This document shows, piece by piece, positions 1-6,888 of a stretch of DNA of 26,653 nucleotides (its first letter is position 1; the number at the start of each line of letters is the position of its first letter). The notes below the pieces were generated by a model. That model was not told where the DNA came from. It was given only the letters and a program-made list of their open reading frames with translations, and ran no database searches. The translations under genes were made by a program, and so were the position numbers. The DNA comes from Bdellovibrionales bacterium (GTDB lineage Bacteria > Bdellovibrionota > Bdellovibrionia > Bdellovibrionales > JAMPXM01), in the NCBI GenBank assembly GCA_043739185.1, contig JAYUEN010000521.1, positions 1-26,653 of the forward strand. Direction: 5' to 3'.

Positions 1-183
1 GGAGTTGGAACTGGTGTCGGCATTGGTGTTGGCACCGGAGTTGGAACTGGTGTCGGCATTGGTGTTGGCACCGGAGTTGGAACTGGTGTCGGCATTGGTG
101 TTGGTACTGGAGTTGGAACTGGTGTCGGAACTGGTGTCGGCATTGGCGTTGGTACCGGAGTAGGTGTTGGTATCGGAGTTGGA
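1..183. repeat. Coding tandem repeat, 36-bp unit built from 12-bp subunits
   Basis: GGAGTTGGAACTGGTGTCGGCATTGGTGTTGGCACC is identical at 1-36 and 37-72, has 2 mismatches at 73-108, then decays. It encodes ([12 protein letters not shown])n on the minus strand. Confidence 0.95.
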
Positions 184-434
184 CATGGAACTGGATTATC
201 TAATAAAGGAGGAGTTCCATCCGGACAAAGAAGTTGTCCTGACGGCATTGGAGTTGGAGCTGCTGCTGGTGTCACAACTGCTGATGAACTCAATACAGAT
301 GATTGCGAAAGTACTGCTGCTTTATCATCTGATGAGCTTCCCGAACCAGCACCGCATGAACTGAGCAAAACCATCAGTGAAAGCGTCGGCACAAGTTTAA
401 AATACATACTCGTCTTGAGATTTGAATACTTCAT
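1..434 (-). CDS. Lipoprotein with Pro/Thr-rich (PTPV/PTPM) repeat linker; runs off the left edge of the window
   Basis: Manual translation from ATG at 434, preceded by [43 protein letters not shown]...[33 protein letters not shown]... It has a lipobox (LSSC) and no stop down to position 1. Absent from the ORF track because it is incomplete. Confidence 0.9.
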   Translation of the reverse strand, partial: MKYSNLKTSMYFKLVPTLSLMVLLSSCGAGSGSSSDDKAAVLSQSSVLSSSAVVTPAAAPTPMPSGQLLCPDGTPPLLDNPVPCPTPIPTPTPVPTPMPTPVPTPVPTPVPTPMPTPVPTPVPTPMPTPVPTPVPTPMPTPVPT

Positions 435-755
435 AAGCTCATCCTTTTTTAAAAAACATTCTCTCTTGGCAAATTCAAAAGGCGAGCTTACATGAAAAAT
501 CCTAAGATATTGCCGTTAACAAGGATTAGAATAGACCTTGGTCGGGCTTTATACAAAGTTCAGCTAAGTCCCTTACCGGCCTACCAAATCTCATTGTGAA
601 ATAAGCAATTCATCCCTTTTATCAGCAGCTTAACAAATGAAAGGATTGTATAAAAATAGCTTGGGTGATGAGACTTTTGTCAGTTTCAAAAACTTTCGTG
701 AGAGATTATCAAAATGAAAATCTCTTTATAGTGCAGAAGTTTTTCAATTCAGAAT

Positions 756-905
756 ATGTTCAAAATTATGTCGAAGAAAGCTGCAAAGATAATTTATTTT
801 GCATTCGTTGGGGTAGAGATCAAATCAGTTTTCACGGCAGCAGCAGCGGTTGGCCGCTTTTCGGTTTCGGTTGCCGTTATCGGAAACCTGAATGCCTGCC
901 TCTGA
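756..905 (+). CDS. Putative 49-aa hydrophobic small protein, copy A (alternative start ATG 768)
   Basis: MFKIMSKKAAKIIYFAFVGVEIKSVFTAAAAVGRFSVSVAVIGNLNACL. It aligns with the 5865-6014 ORF with codon-biased substitutions. No clear SD. Confidence 0.3.
   Translation: MFKIMSKKAAKIIYFAFVGVEIKSVFTAAAAVGRFSVSVAVIGNLNACL
798..878 (+). repeat. Dispersed direct repeat, copy A
   Basis: 823-878 matches 5905-5960 at 45/56 nt (26/28 in the core AATCAGTTTTmACGGCAGCAGCrGCGGT). Similarity extends left to TTTGCATT with one 3-nt indel. Confidence 0.85.
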
Positions 906-935
906 AGTTATCTTAATCTAACACCTACAGAACAT

Positions 936-1694
936 TTAAAAAATTGTCAGTTGGGGGCAGCGCACTTTTAAAAATTGGCTTAGATCAGAATCGCTGGCGA
1001 ATTTAAATATTGGGTTTTGGGCGTCCTTACTATAATCAAAGATTTCATTATTTGTAAGTTCGCAGGTCCAATCGTGTGCGTCGTGAAATTGCACTTTACG
1101 ATTTTGTTCGGCTCGTGGAGCGCTACCTAGCTTAAAACCCAAATCGAGATAGAGTCTGTTGGTTGATAAGATTTTGATCCCACCTTGATTGTCTCGACTT
1201 ACTTTCGGGGCTTCTTCAAATTCAACGCCATCCATTTTTAGAAATTGAGTATTGGCCGTATTCATTACTAAATTCATGCCGTTCATTTCGATATTTAGGT
1301 TTTGGCCATCGATTTGATAGTTGAGACTCTGTCTTCTTGGGAAAAACAGAAGTTCGCGCGCACCGGTAGAAGTTGAAAGGGGGCCATTGCCATAAGAATT
1401 GAAAATCATCAGAGTTGAATCAGTAACCAAAATATAACTTCGATAAATCATATCTAAGTTATTAAAGGGATCAATACTTATGAAACAAGAGTCTGCATCG
1501 AAATTTCCCATTTGAATCTGCGTCGTATTACCTATGACTTTATAATCTTCTTTACAGACATTTGATGTCTGCTGCAGATCTAACGAATTTGCCCTAGTAC
1601 TTTGTTCGCCGGCACATAAGCATAGGCCAATAACAAAGATTTTCAAAAAGACTAAGTTTTGGAAACGGCTACCAGATTTGATTTTTTTGTTCAT
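936..1694 (-). CDS. Secreted hypothetical protein, last gene of the che operon
   Basis: 252-aa ORF with a basic then hydrophobic N-terminus and several Cys. Its start overlaps the cheD-cheB stop (ATGA, 1691-1694). Confidence 0.8.
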   Translation of the reverse strand: MNKKIKSGSRFQNLVFLKIFVIGLCLCAGEQSTRANSLDLQQTSNVCKEDYKVIGNTTQIQMGNFDADSCFISIDPFNNLDMIYRSYILVTDSTLMIFNSYGNGPLSTSTGARELLFFPRRQSLNYQIDGQNLNIEMNGMNLVMNTANTQFLKMDGVEFEEAPKVSRDNQGGIKILSTNRLYLDLGFKLGSAPRAEQNRKVQFHDAHDWTCELTNNEIFDYSKDAQNPIFKFASDSDLSQFLKVRCPQLTIF

Positions 1695-2734
1695 GCAACT
1701 TTAAAGTTTGCCAGCGAACTCGAAATGAAATCAATGATTTCTTGCGGGGATGCCATTAAACTAGTCGCACCTATCTCAAATGCAGCGCGCGGCATTCCAT
1801 AGATCAAACAAGTTTCTTCACTCTGGCCTATGGTATAGGCGCCTTTATTTTTGAGTGCATATAAGCCGCGGGCGCCATCGCTCCCCATTCCACTTAGCAA
1901 GATTGCGAGTACCCGAGAAGAGCTCTCGAAGGAACTTACCGAGTGAAAAAGAAAATCAACCGAGGGCTTGAATTGATTGATTGGCGGCTCATCACTCAAT
2001 TCGATATAGTAATCTCCGTCCCGGTATTCACAAGCCATATGTTTACCGCCACTTGCAATATAGGCCTGTCCTCGGTTTAGTTTTTCTCGGTGAACAGCTT
2101 CTTTGACTGTTATTCCAGAGCCTATATTCAAACGTGCCGTATAGGCGCCAATGAAATCTTTCGGCATATGCTGTACCACCAAGACCGGAGGGCAAAAAGC
2201 AGGTAAGCTCGCCAAAATCTCTTGAACCACTTCGGTGCCGCCAGTTGAAGAGCCTATCAAAATCAGAGAAGGCCTTAACATTTTATCAAAAGTTTTTGCT
2301 TTGACGAGAAGCTTCACTTTAAGCTCACCCGTTGTCGGATCAAAGAGAAGTTTTCGCGCCTTTAGGCCACCAACAGATCGACTCTTAATTTCAAGCCCAA
2401 ATTTTTGTAGAGTGCGTTCGGCGACTTCGATATTGGCTAAACCTGGCTCGCCCGCTCCCCCTACTAATTTTACAACTAGGTTATCTCGTTTACTCCCTTT
2501 TGACTTAAGCTCCTTCAATAATTCTAAAATAGATTCATCGCCAAAATGCAAACTATTCATCTCGGCACTATTTTCACTTTGTTTGCGTGTGGGCAAAAGA
2601 AAATGATTTGCAGCACCTATCTTCAATTCTGAATCGAAGATAAGAACTGAGACACAACTGCCAAGCAGAATTGAAAATAAGCCGTCTTGGGCTATTTTCA
2701 TTTCTCCGCTTTGAATTGAATAAATTTCTTTCAT
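1691..2734 (-). CDS. cheB: CheD glutamine deamidase - CheB methylesterase fusion with no receiver domain
   Basis: N-terminal CheD motifs LGSCVSV, NHFLLP, KLVGG and SVGG..ARKL. C-terminal CheB motifs IGSSTGG, VQHMP and SGMGSDG (Ser-His-Asp triad). Probable start is ATG 2734 (MKEIYS), just after the cheR stop; the track start at 2773 overlaps cheR. Confidence 0.92.
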   Translation of the reverse strand: MKEIYSIQSGEMKIAQDGLFSILLGSCVSVLIFDSELKIGAANHFLLPTRKQSENSAEMNSLHFGDESILELLKELKSKGSKRDNLVVKLVGGAGEPGLANIEVAERTLQKFGLEIKSRSVGGLKARKLLFDPTTGELKVKLLVKAKTFDKMLRPSLILIGSSTGGTEVVQEILASLPAFCPPVLVVQHMPKDFIGAYTARLNIGSGITVKEAVHREKLNRGQAYIASGGKHMACEYRDGDYYIELSDEPPINQFKPSVDFLFHSVSSFESSSRVLAILLSGMGSDGARGLYALKNKGAYTIGQSEETCLIYGMPRAAFEIGATSLMASPQEIIDFISSSLANFKVA

Positions 2735-2744
2735 ATTCAATACT

Positions 2745-3563
2745 CTATATGAGCTGATAAATGGAGTGCCCACAGTTTTTCAATTGATTGTCAATTCCGC
2801 TTAATGATTCAGACATTCCCAATATAAGATAAGACTCAGGCTTTAAATGTTTCACCAATGACGAAATAACTTTTTGGGTCGATAAAACATCAAAATAAAT
2901 CAAAACATTCCTTAAAAAGATAAAATCAAATTTCAAATTTTGCGGCAATTGTAGATCTATTAAATTCATTTTTTTAAATTTCGTCGACTCTCGGTACTGA
3001 GAATGCACTTCAAGTTGGGGCGGATTTAAATCCCGGCGCATTTTGAAAAAATCTTTCGTTTGCTCATTGTATGGAGGCGCTTGCATACCCTTTTGACTAT
3101 AAAGCGCTCTTTCAGCTTGCTCTACCACGACACCACTTATATCTGTGCCGAGCAATCGATAGTCTTTAGGTGTGAAGCCCTGCTCTTTTAATATCAAAGC
3201 GATTGTCCACAATTCTTCGCCTGTTGAGCAGGCCGCAGACCAAATATGAAGGGGTCGTTTTTTTTGAACAGCAATTTTTTCTGCTAAAAAATCAAAATGC
3301 AAACTCTCCCGGTACCATTCGGTTTTGTGGGTCGTCATAGCTTCAATTAAAAATTGAAACTCGACCTCAAGGTGACTTTCAAGATAATTAATATATTCAC
3401 CAAAATTACTGAGCCCTAAAAAGTGCAGGCGCTTTAAGAGTCTTGCTTCAACTAAGCTCTGCTTTTTATCGCCCAGCCTAATTCCTGAAGCTTGATATAA
3501 GTGACGACAGAGGGTTTCGTATTCTTCAAGTTCAATTTCGTATGAAATCTTTGGGGCGCCCAT
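2745..3563 (-). CDS. cheR: Chemotaxis methyltransferase CheR
   Basis: Motifs GIRLGDKKQSLVEARL, TT..T.W.RE, IWSAACSTGEE, GTDIS, RNVLIYF and G.SES. Confidence 0.95.
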   Translation of the reverse strand: MGAPKISYEIELEEYETLCRHLYQASGIRLGDKKQSLVEARLLKRLHFLGLSNFGEYINYLESHLEVEFQFLIEAMTTHKTEWYRESLHFDFLAEKIAVQKKRPLHIWSAACSTGEELWTIALILKEQGFTPKDYRLLGTDISGVVVEQAERALYSQKGMQAPPYNEQTKDFFKMRRDLNPPQLEVHSQYRESTKFKKMNLIDLQLPQNLKFDFIFLRNVLIYFDVLSTQKVISSLVKHLKPESYLILGMSESLSGIDNQLKNCGHSIYQLI

Positions 3564-5218
3564 TAAGCCGCCGCCTCTTTGTTCTTTGAGTTTTCAGCTA
3601 ATTTGGGAGAAAATTGATTGAGATTCAAAATCAAACAAACACTACCGTCTCCTAATATAGTGGCTCCGGCTGAGCCCCTCACCTGGCGGACATCTTGACT
3701 TAAAGACTTTTGCACCACTTTTTGAATGATGACGACTTCATCAACCAAGACGGCAAAAGCATGCCTGGTTTTTTTAACTAAAAGTGCCGTCACCTGTGAT
3801 TTTCGCCCTTCAACTTCAACTTGAAACAATTCTTTTCTCAAATCTACTATCGAATAAACTTGATCCCGCAGCTGTAAAAGCTCTTGCGGCAAATTTGATT
3901 TTTTATAATCACTGATATTGATGATTGCCACCTCATCTACATCTGAAGTTGGGATCGCAAACTTCTCAGTCCCAAGCCTTACAATCAGAGCATTGAAGAT
4001 CGCTAAGGTTAGTGGCAATTGAATATGAAAGCTCGTTCCCACTCCCAACTTAGATTTAATTTCACAAGAACCTTTAAGTTCAAGAATCTTTTCTTTCACG
4101 ACATTCATACCGACTCCACGACCTGAAATATCGGTGGCAACGGTCTTTGTTGAAAAACCATTTTCAAAAATGAGATCAAATATTTGTTTCTCGCTTAAAT
4201 TTGATTCTTGCCCAATCAGACCCAGGGTATGAGCTCTGGCAAAAATTTCTTTGGGATCCATTCCCCTACCGTCATCTTGAATTTCAATCATGAAATTGCC
4301 GCCGGATCGAAAGGCATTGAGCTCAATACTGCCGCTGGCTTTCTTGCCGGCAGCAAGTCTTTCTTCGGTCGATTCAATTCCGTGGTCAACCGCATTGCGC
4401 ACCATATGCGTGAGTGCATCTGAAAGTGAATCGACAATCATTTTATCAAGTTCATTATCAGTTCCCTTTGAGCGAAAATGAATACTCTTATTTAAGCTTT
4501 GAGCGGTATCACGGGCGGCACGTTCAAGCTTTGAAATCAATTGATTCAATTTGACCATACGCAGAGACAAGGCGGTTTGTTGAAGATCGTAAGTCAATTT
4601 TGAAAGTGAGCCGATGGTTTTAAGAATGACATCTTCGTTTCTCACCAAATCCGTTTTTGCCTGTTCAAGTGCAGATTGCAAAATCACCTGCTCACCAAAA
4701 GAATCTATGAGTGATTCAATTCGAATTGCAGGAATTCGCAGATACTCTGCCGTTTGATTGTAATTGACATACAAATCCTTTGCGATCGTCGGCTGGATTG
4801 ATTTGAAAATTTCATCTTTCAGAGGAACCACTTGGTCGACTTTGAGTTCCAATTCAATTTCTGCCAAAATCTTCGAATAATCTCGAATGACTCCCCCGCC
4901 TCTGAGAGTTTCAATATCCAACTTCATTTCGTCGACTGAACGAAGTAGCAAATTGATGGTCTTTGCAGTTGGCTTTATCAATAGATTTTTGCAAGCCAAA
5001 ATTAAATTCTCAAATTCATGACAAAAGTGCGACAGGTGAACAAATCCGACCGCTTTACCTGAACCTTTTAAATTATGTGCGAGCCGCGAAAGTTGATTGA
5101 ATACTTCGGTATCGTTCGGATTTTTTTCAAGCTTTAAAAATAAACTCTCAACGCCTAATAATAGATCTTGAGACTCTACTAAAAAGGTCTCTTGTATTTC
5201 TTTTAGAAAATCATCCAT
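3563..5218 (-). CDS. cheA: Chemotaxis histidine kinase CheA (P1-P3-P4-P5, no P2)
   Basis: Hpt AHNLKG, N-box HMVRNAVDHGIE, DDGRG, GFST, SGRGVGMNVV, LPLTLAI, then a CheW-like C-terminus. Only about 35-40 aa lie between the Hpt and dimerisation domains. Confidence 0.96.
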   Translation of the reverse strand: MDDFLKEIQETFLVESQDLLLGVESLFLKLEKNPNDTEVFNQLSRLAHNLKGSGKAVGFVHLSHFCHEFENLILACKNLLIKPTAKTINLLLRSVDEMKLDIETLRGGGVIRDYSKILAEIELELKVDQVVPLKDEIFKSIQPTIAKDLYVNYNQTAEYLRIPAIRIESLIDSFGEQVILQSALEQAKTDLVRNEDVILKTIGSLSKLTYDLQQTALSLRMVKLNQLISKLERAARDTAQSLNKSIHFRSKGTDNELDKMIVDSLSDALTHMVRNAVDHGIESTEERLAAGKKASGSIELNAFRSGGNFMIEIQDDGRGMDPKEIFARAHTLGLIGQESNLSEKQIFDLIFENGFSTKTVATDISGRGVGMNVVKEKILELKGSCEIKSKLGVGTSFHIQLPLTLAIFNALIVRLGTEKFAIPTSDVDEVAIINISDYKKSNLPQELLQLRDQVYSIVDLRKELFQVEVEGRKSQVTALLVKKTRHAFAVLVDEVVIIQKVVQKSLSQDVRQVRGSAGATILGDGSVCLILNLNQFSPKLAENSKNKEAAA

Positions 5219-5245
5219 GTTTTCTTTGCTCTCTTTTCAAAATTT

Positions 5246-5734
5246 TTAGGCCGCGCGCGTTCCTGCAGGCGGACGTAGTTTCGTTAAATCAAGAATCAAG
5301 GTAAGCTCTTGCTGATCGATGCGAGCCGCCCCGACTACACCTTGTTTTTTAGATTCTTCGAGCTGCTCAATTTTTCTCTCAATTTGATTTTCAAAAAGCA
5401 GTATCACTTCAGAAACCTCATCGACAATCAAACCTAGTGGCTCTTCTCCACCTTGAGTTACGATCACCGTAGGGCGACGAACGAGAATTTCGCACTTCGC
5501 ATCCTTAAGTCCCAATCTTATTTTAAGATCAAGTATCGAAATGATTTTCCCGCGCAAATTAATAAGTCCACTATAGTACTCAGGCATTCCCGGGACACTG
5601 GTGAGATTTTGTAATGCGATAACCTCACGAACATTTGATAGTGCAGTTGCAAATCGGCGGCCCGCAATTTGAAAAAGCATATACTTTTTCGGCTTAACTG
5701 GAGCTACATCATTGCTATGAGGAATTTCACTCAT
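5246..5734 (-). CDS. cheW: Chemotaxis coupling protein CheW
   Basis: Motifs VREVI, T.VPG.P.Y..GLINLRGKII.ILDL and GLIVD.V.EV. Probable start is ATG 5734 with GGGG upstream. Confidence 0.95.
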   Translation of the reverse strand: MSEIPHSNDVAPVKPKKYMLFQIAGRRFATALSNVREVIALQNLTSVPGMPEYYSGLINLRGKIISILDLKIRLGLKDAKCEILVRRPTVIVTQGGEEPLGLIVDEVSEVILLFENQIERKIEQLEESKKQGVVGAARIDQQELTLILDLTKLRPPAGTRAA

Positions 5735-5793
5735 TTTAGACCCCAAAAATTAGACAGGGCTCACATGAATTTGCGAGTCATATCCACTCATTA

Positions 5794-5821
5794 AAATCGG
5801 AATTTATAAGGAAAAACTGAA
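5794..5821 (-). promoter_or_regulatory. Possible sigma-28 (FliA) promoter of the che operon
   Basis: The minus strand reads TTCAGTTT-N12-TCCGATTT, against the consensus TAAAGTTT-N11-GCCGATAA. It lies about 60 nt upstream of cheW. Confidence 0.4.
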
Positions 5822-5864
5822 TGGATGATAGCGATTCGACAAAGGTCGTGGGGCTTGTCTCTGA

Positions 5865-6014
5865 GTGATTGAGCGCTTTGCATTTTCTGTTGGTCTAGGT
5901 TTGGAATCAGTTTTAACGGCAGCAGCGGCGGTAAGCGGCTTGGCAGTTTCAGTTTCAGTTTCAGTTTCCGTCTCGGTTTCAGTTTCAGTTTATGGGTCTG
6001 GTGCCGCTAACTGA
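5865..6014 (+). CDS. Putative 49-aa hydrophobic small protein, copy B, with a (VS)7 repeat
   Basis: GTG start; MIERFAFSVGLGLESVLTAAAAVSGLAVSVSVSVSVSVSVSVYGSGAAN. The repeat variants GTT TCC GTC TCG are synonymous. Confidence 0.3.
   Translation: MIERFAFSVGLGLESVLTAAAAVSGLAVSVSVSVSVSVSVSVYGSGAAN
5877..5990 (+). repeat. Dispersed direct repeat, copy B, with an expanded GTTTCA hexamer tract
   Basis: Homologous to 798-878. About 7 GTTTCA-type units lie at 5946-5990. Confidence 0.85.
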
Positions 6015-6086
6015 ATTCAGTTTGCCGGCTGCTGCCGACTTGCAGATTTTGCCAACTTTAAGCAGATAGCCCCTAATAATAGAGGT

Positions 6087-6650
6087 CTATTTTGTTTGAA
6101 ATTGAACGTCGAAATCGACGCTATCTGCGACTTTAATGCCCGCATAAGACGGAATATCAATTTTAAAATCAGATAATTTGATATTTGCAGAGGCTTGTAT
6201 CTTATACTTGGTATCACTCAAAGCTTCTAATTTGCTTTTCACTTCAACTTCTTTGGTGACTCCGTGAAGAGTTAGCTCTGCTTTGAAAGTCAGATCTTTT
6301 TTACTTCCGGCTTTAAGATCTGAAACACTCAAGTCCTTAATTTTAAGAATCGCGTCCGGAAATTTTTCAACTTCGAGGTATTTTTTCTTCATATGTTCAT
6401 CGCGAGTTTCAATGCCAGTTTTGAATTTATCTAAATGAACATTAACGTCACCACTTACTAATTTGTTTTCAATTGTTAGCTTTGAAACAACTCCTTCAGA
6501 TTCGCCGTGAATTCGAAGCATTGCAGGTTTACCTACGGCTACAAATGAGGTTTTCGCGGTACTTTGATCGATATCAATGAGGCTTGCGCTACAAACTGCG
6601 GCGCTTAAAAAACTCAATGTAAAAAGACTTAAACGGCTTAGTGATTTCAT
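6087..6650 (-). CDS. YceI-family periplasmic lipid/polyisoprenoid-binding protein
   Basis: Signal peptide from ATG 6650 (MKSLSRLSLF..., AGGGAAG upstream). Motifs TGIETRDEHM, KFP.A, LTLHGVTK and SDF.I..P. Confidence 0.9.
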   Translation of the reverse strand: MKSLSRLSLFTLSFLSAAVCSASLIDIDQSTAKTSFVAVGKPAMLRIHGESEGVVSKLTIENKLVSGDVNVHLDKFKTGIETRDEHMKKKYLEVEKFPDAILKIKDLSVSDLKAGSKKDLTFKAELTLHGVTKEVEVKSKLEALSDTKYKIQASANIKLSDFKIDIPSYAGIKVADSVDFDVQFQTK

Positions 6651-6888
6651 TTTGACTTCCCTTTCAATATTCATTGAGCTAATCCAAATCAGCTCGCAGG
6701 AAATTTCAATATAACTTGGACATTTCAAAATTGCATCTATTTGAGTATTAGATTTCTCACCAAAAGCAGACCAAAGCCTGTGTTCTGGCTACGCGCATAA
6801 AATATGTTTTCTGTATTGATGCGTCTTGAACTTCGCCCTTGGGTCCGTAGACTTTAGTCATAGCTTTTTAATCAACCAGGAGGGGATC

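Noticed and set aside
1..183. 36-bp repeats as a CRISPR array
   Set aside because: The units are contiguous with no spacers, encode an in-frame Pro/Thr linker, and no cas genes are present.
164..364. 66-aa plus-strand ORF
   Set aside because: It is an antisense shadow of the minus-strand lipoprotein gene.
665..916. 83-aa ORF in the track
   Set aside because: No family features. Substitutions between the repeat copies favour the overlapping frame 756-905 instead.
5805..5990. Minus-strand reading of the repeat (ETETET...TAAAAVKTD) as the coding frame
   Set aside because: It shares wobble positions with the plus frame, but both copies have an in-frame stop just upstream and no start codon, and the remaining substitutions would fall at second positions.
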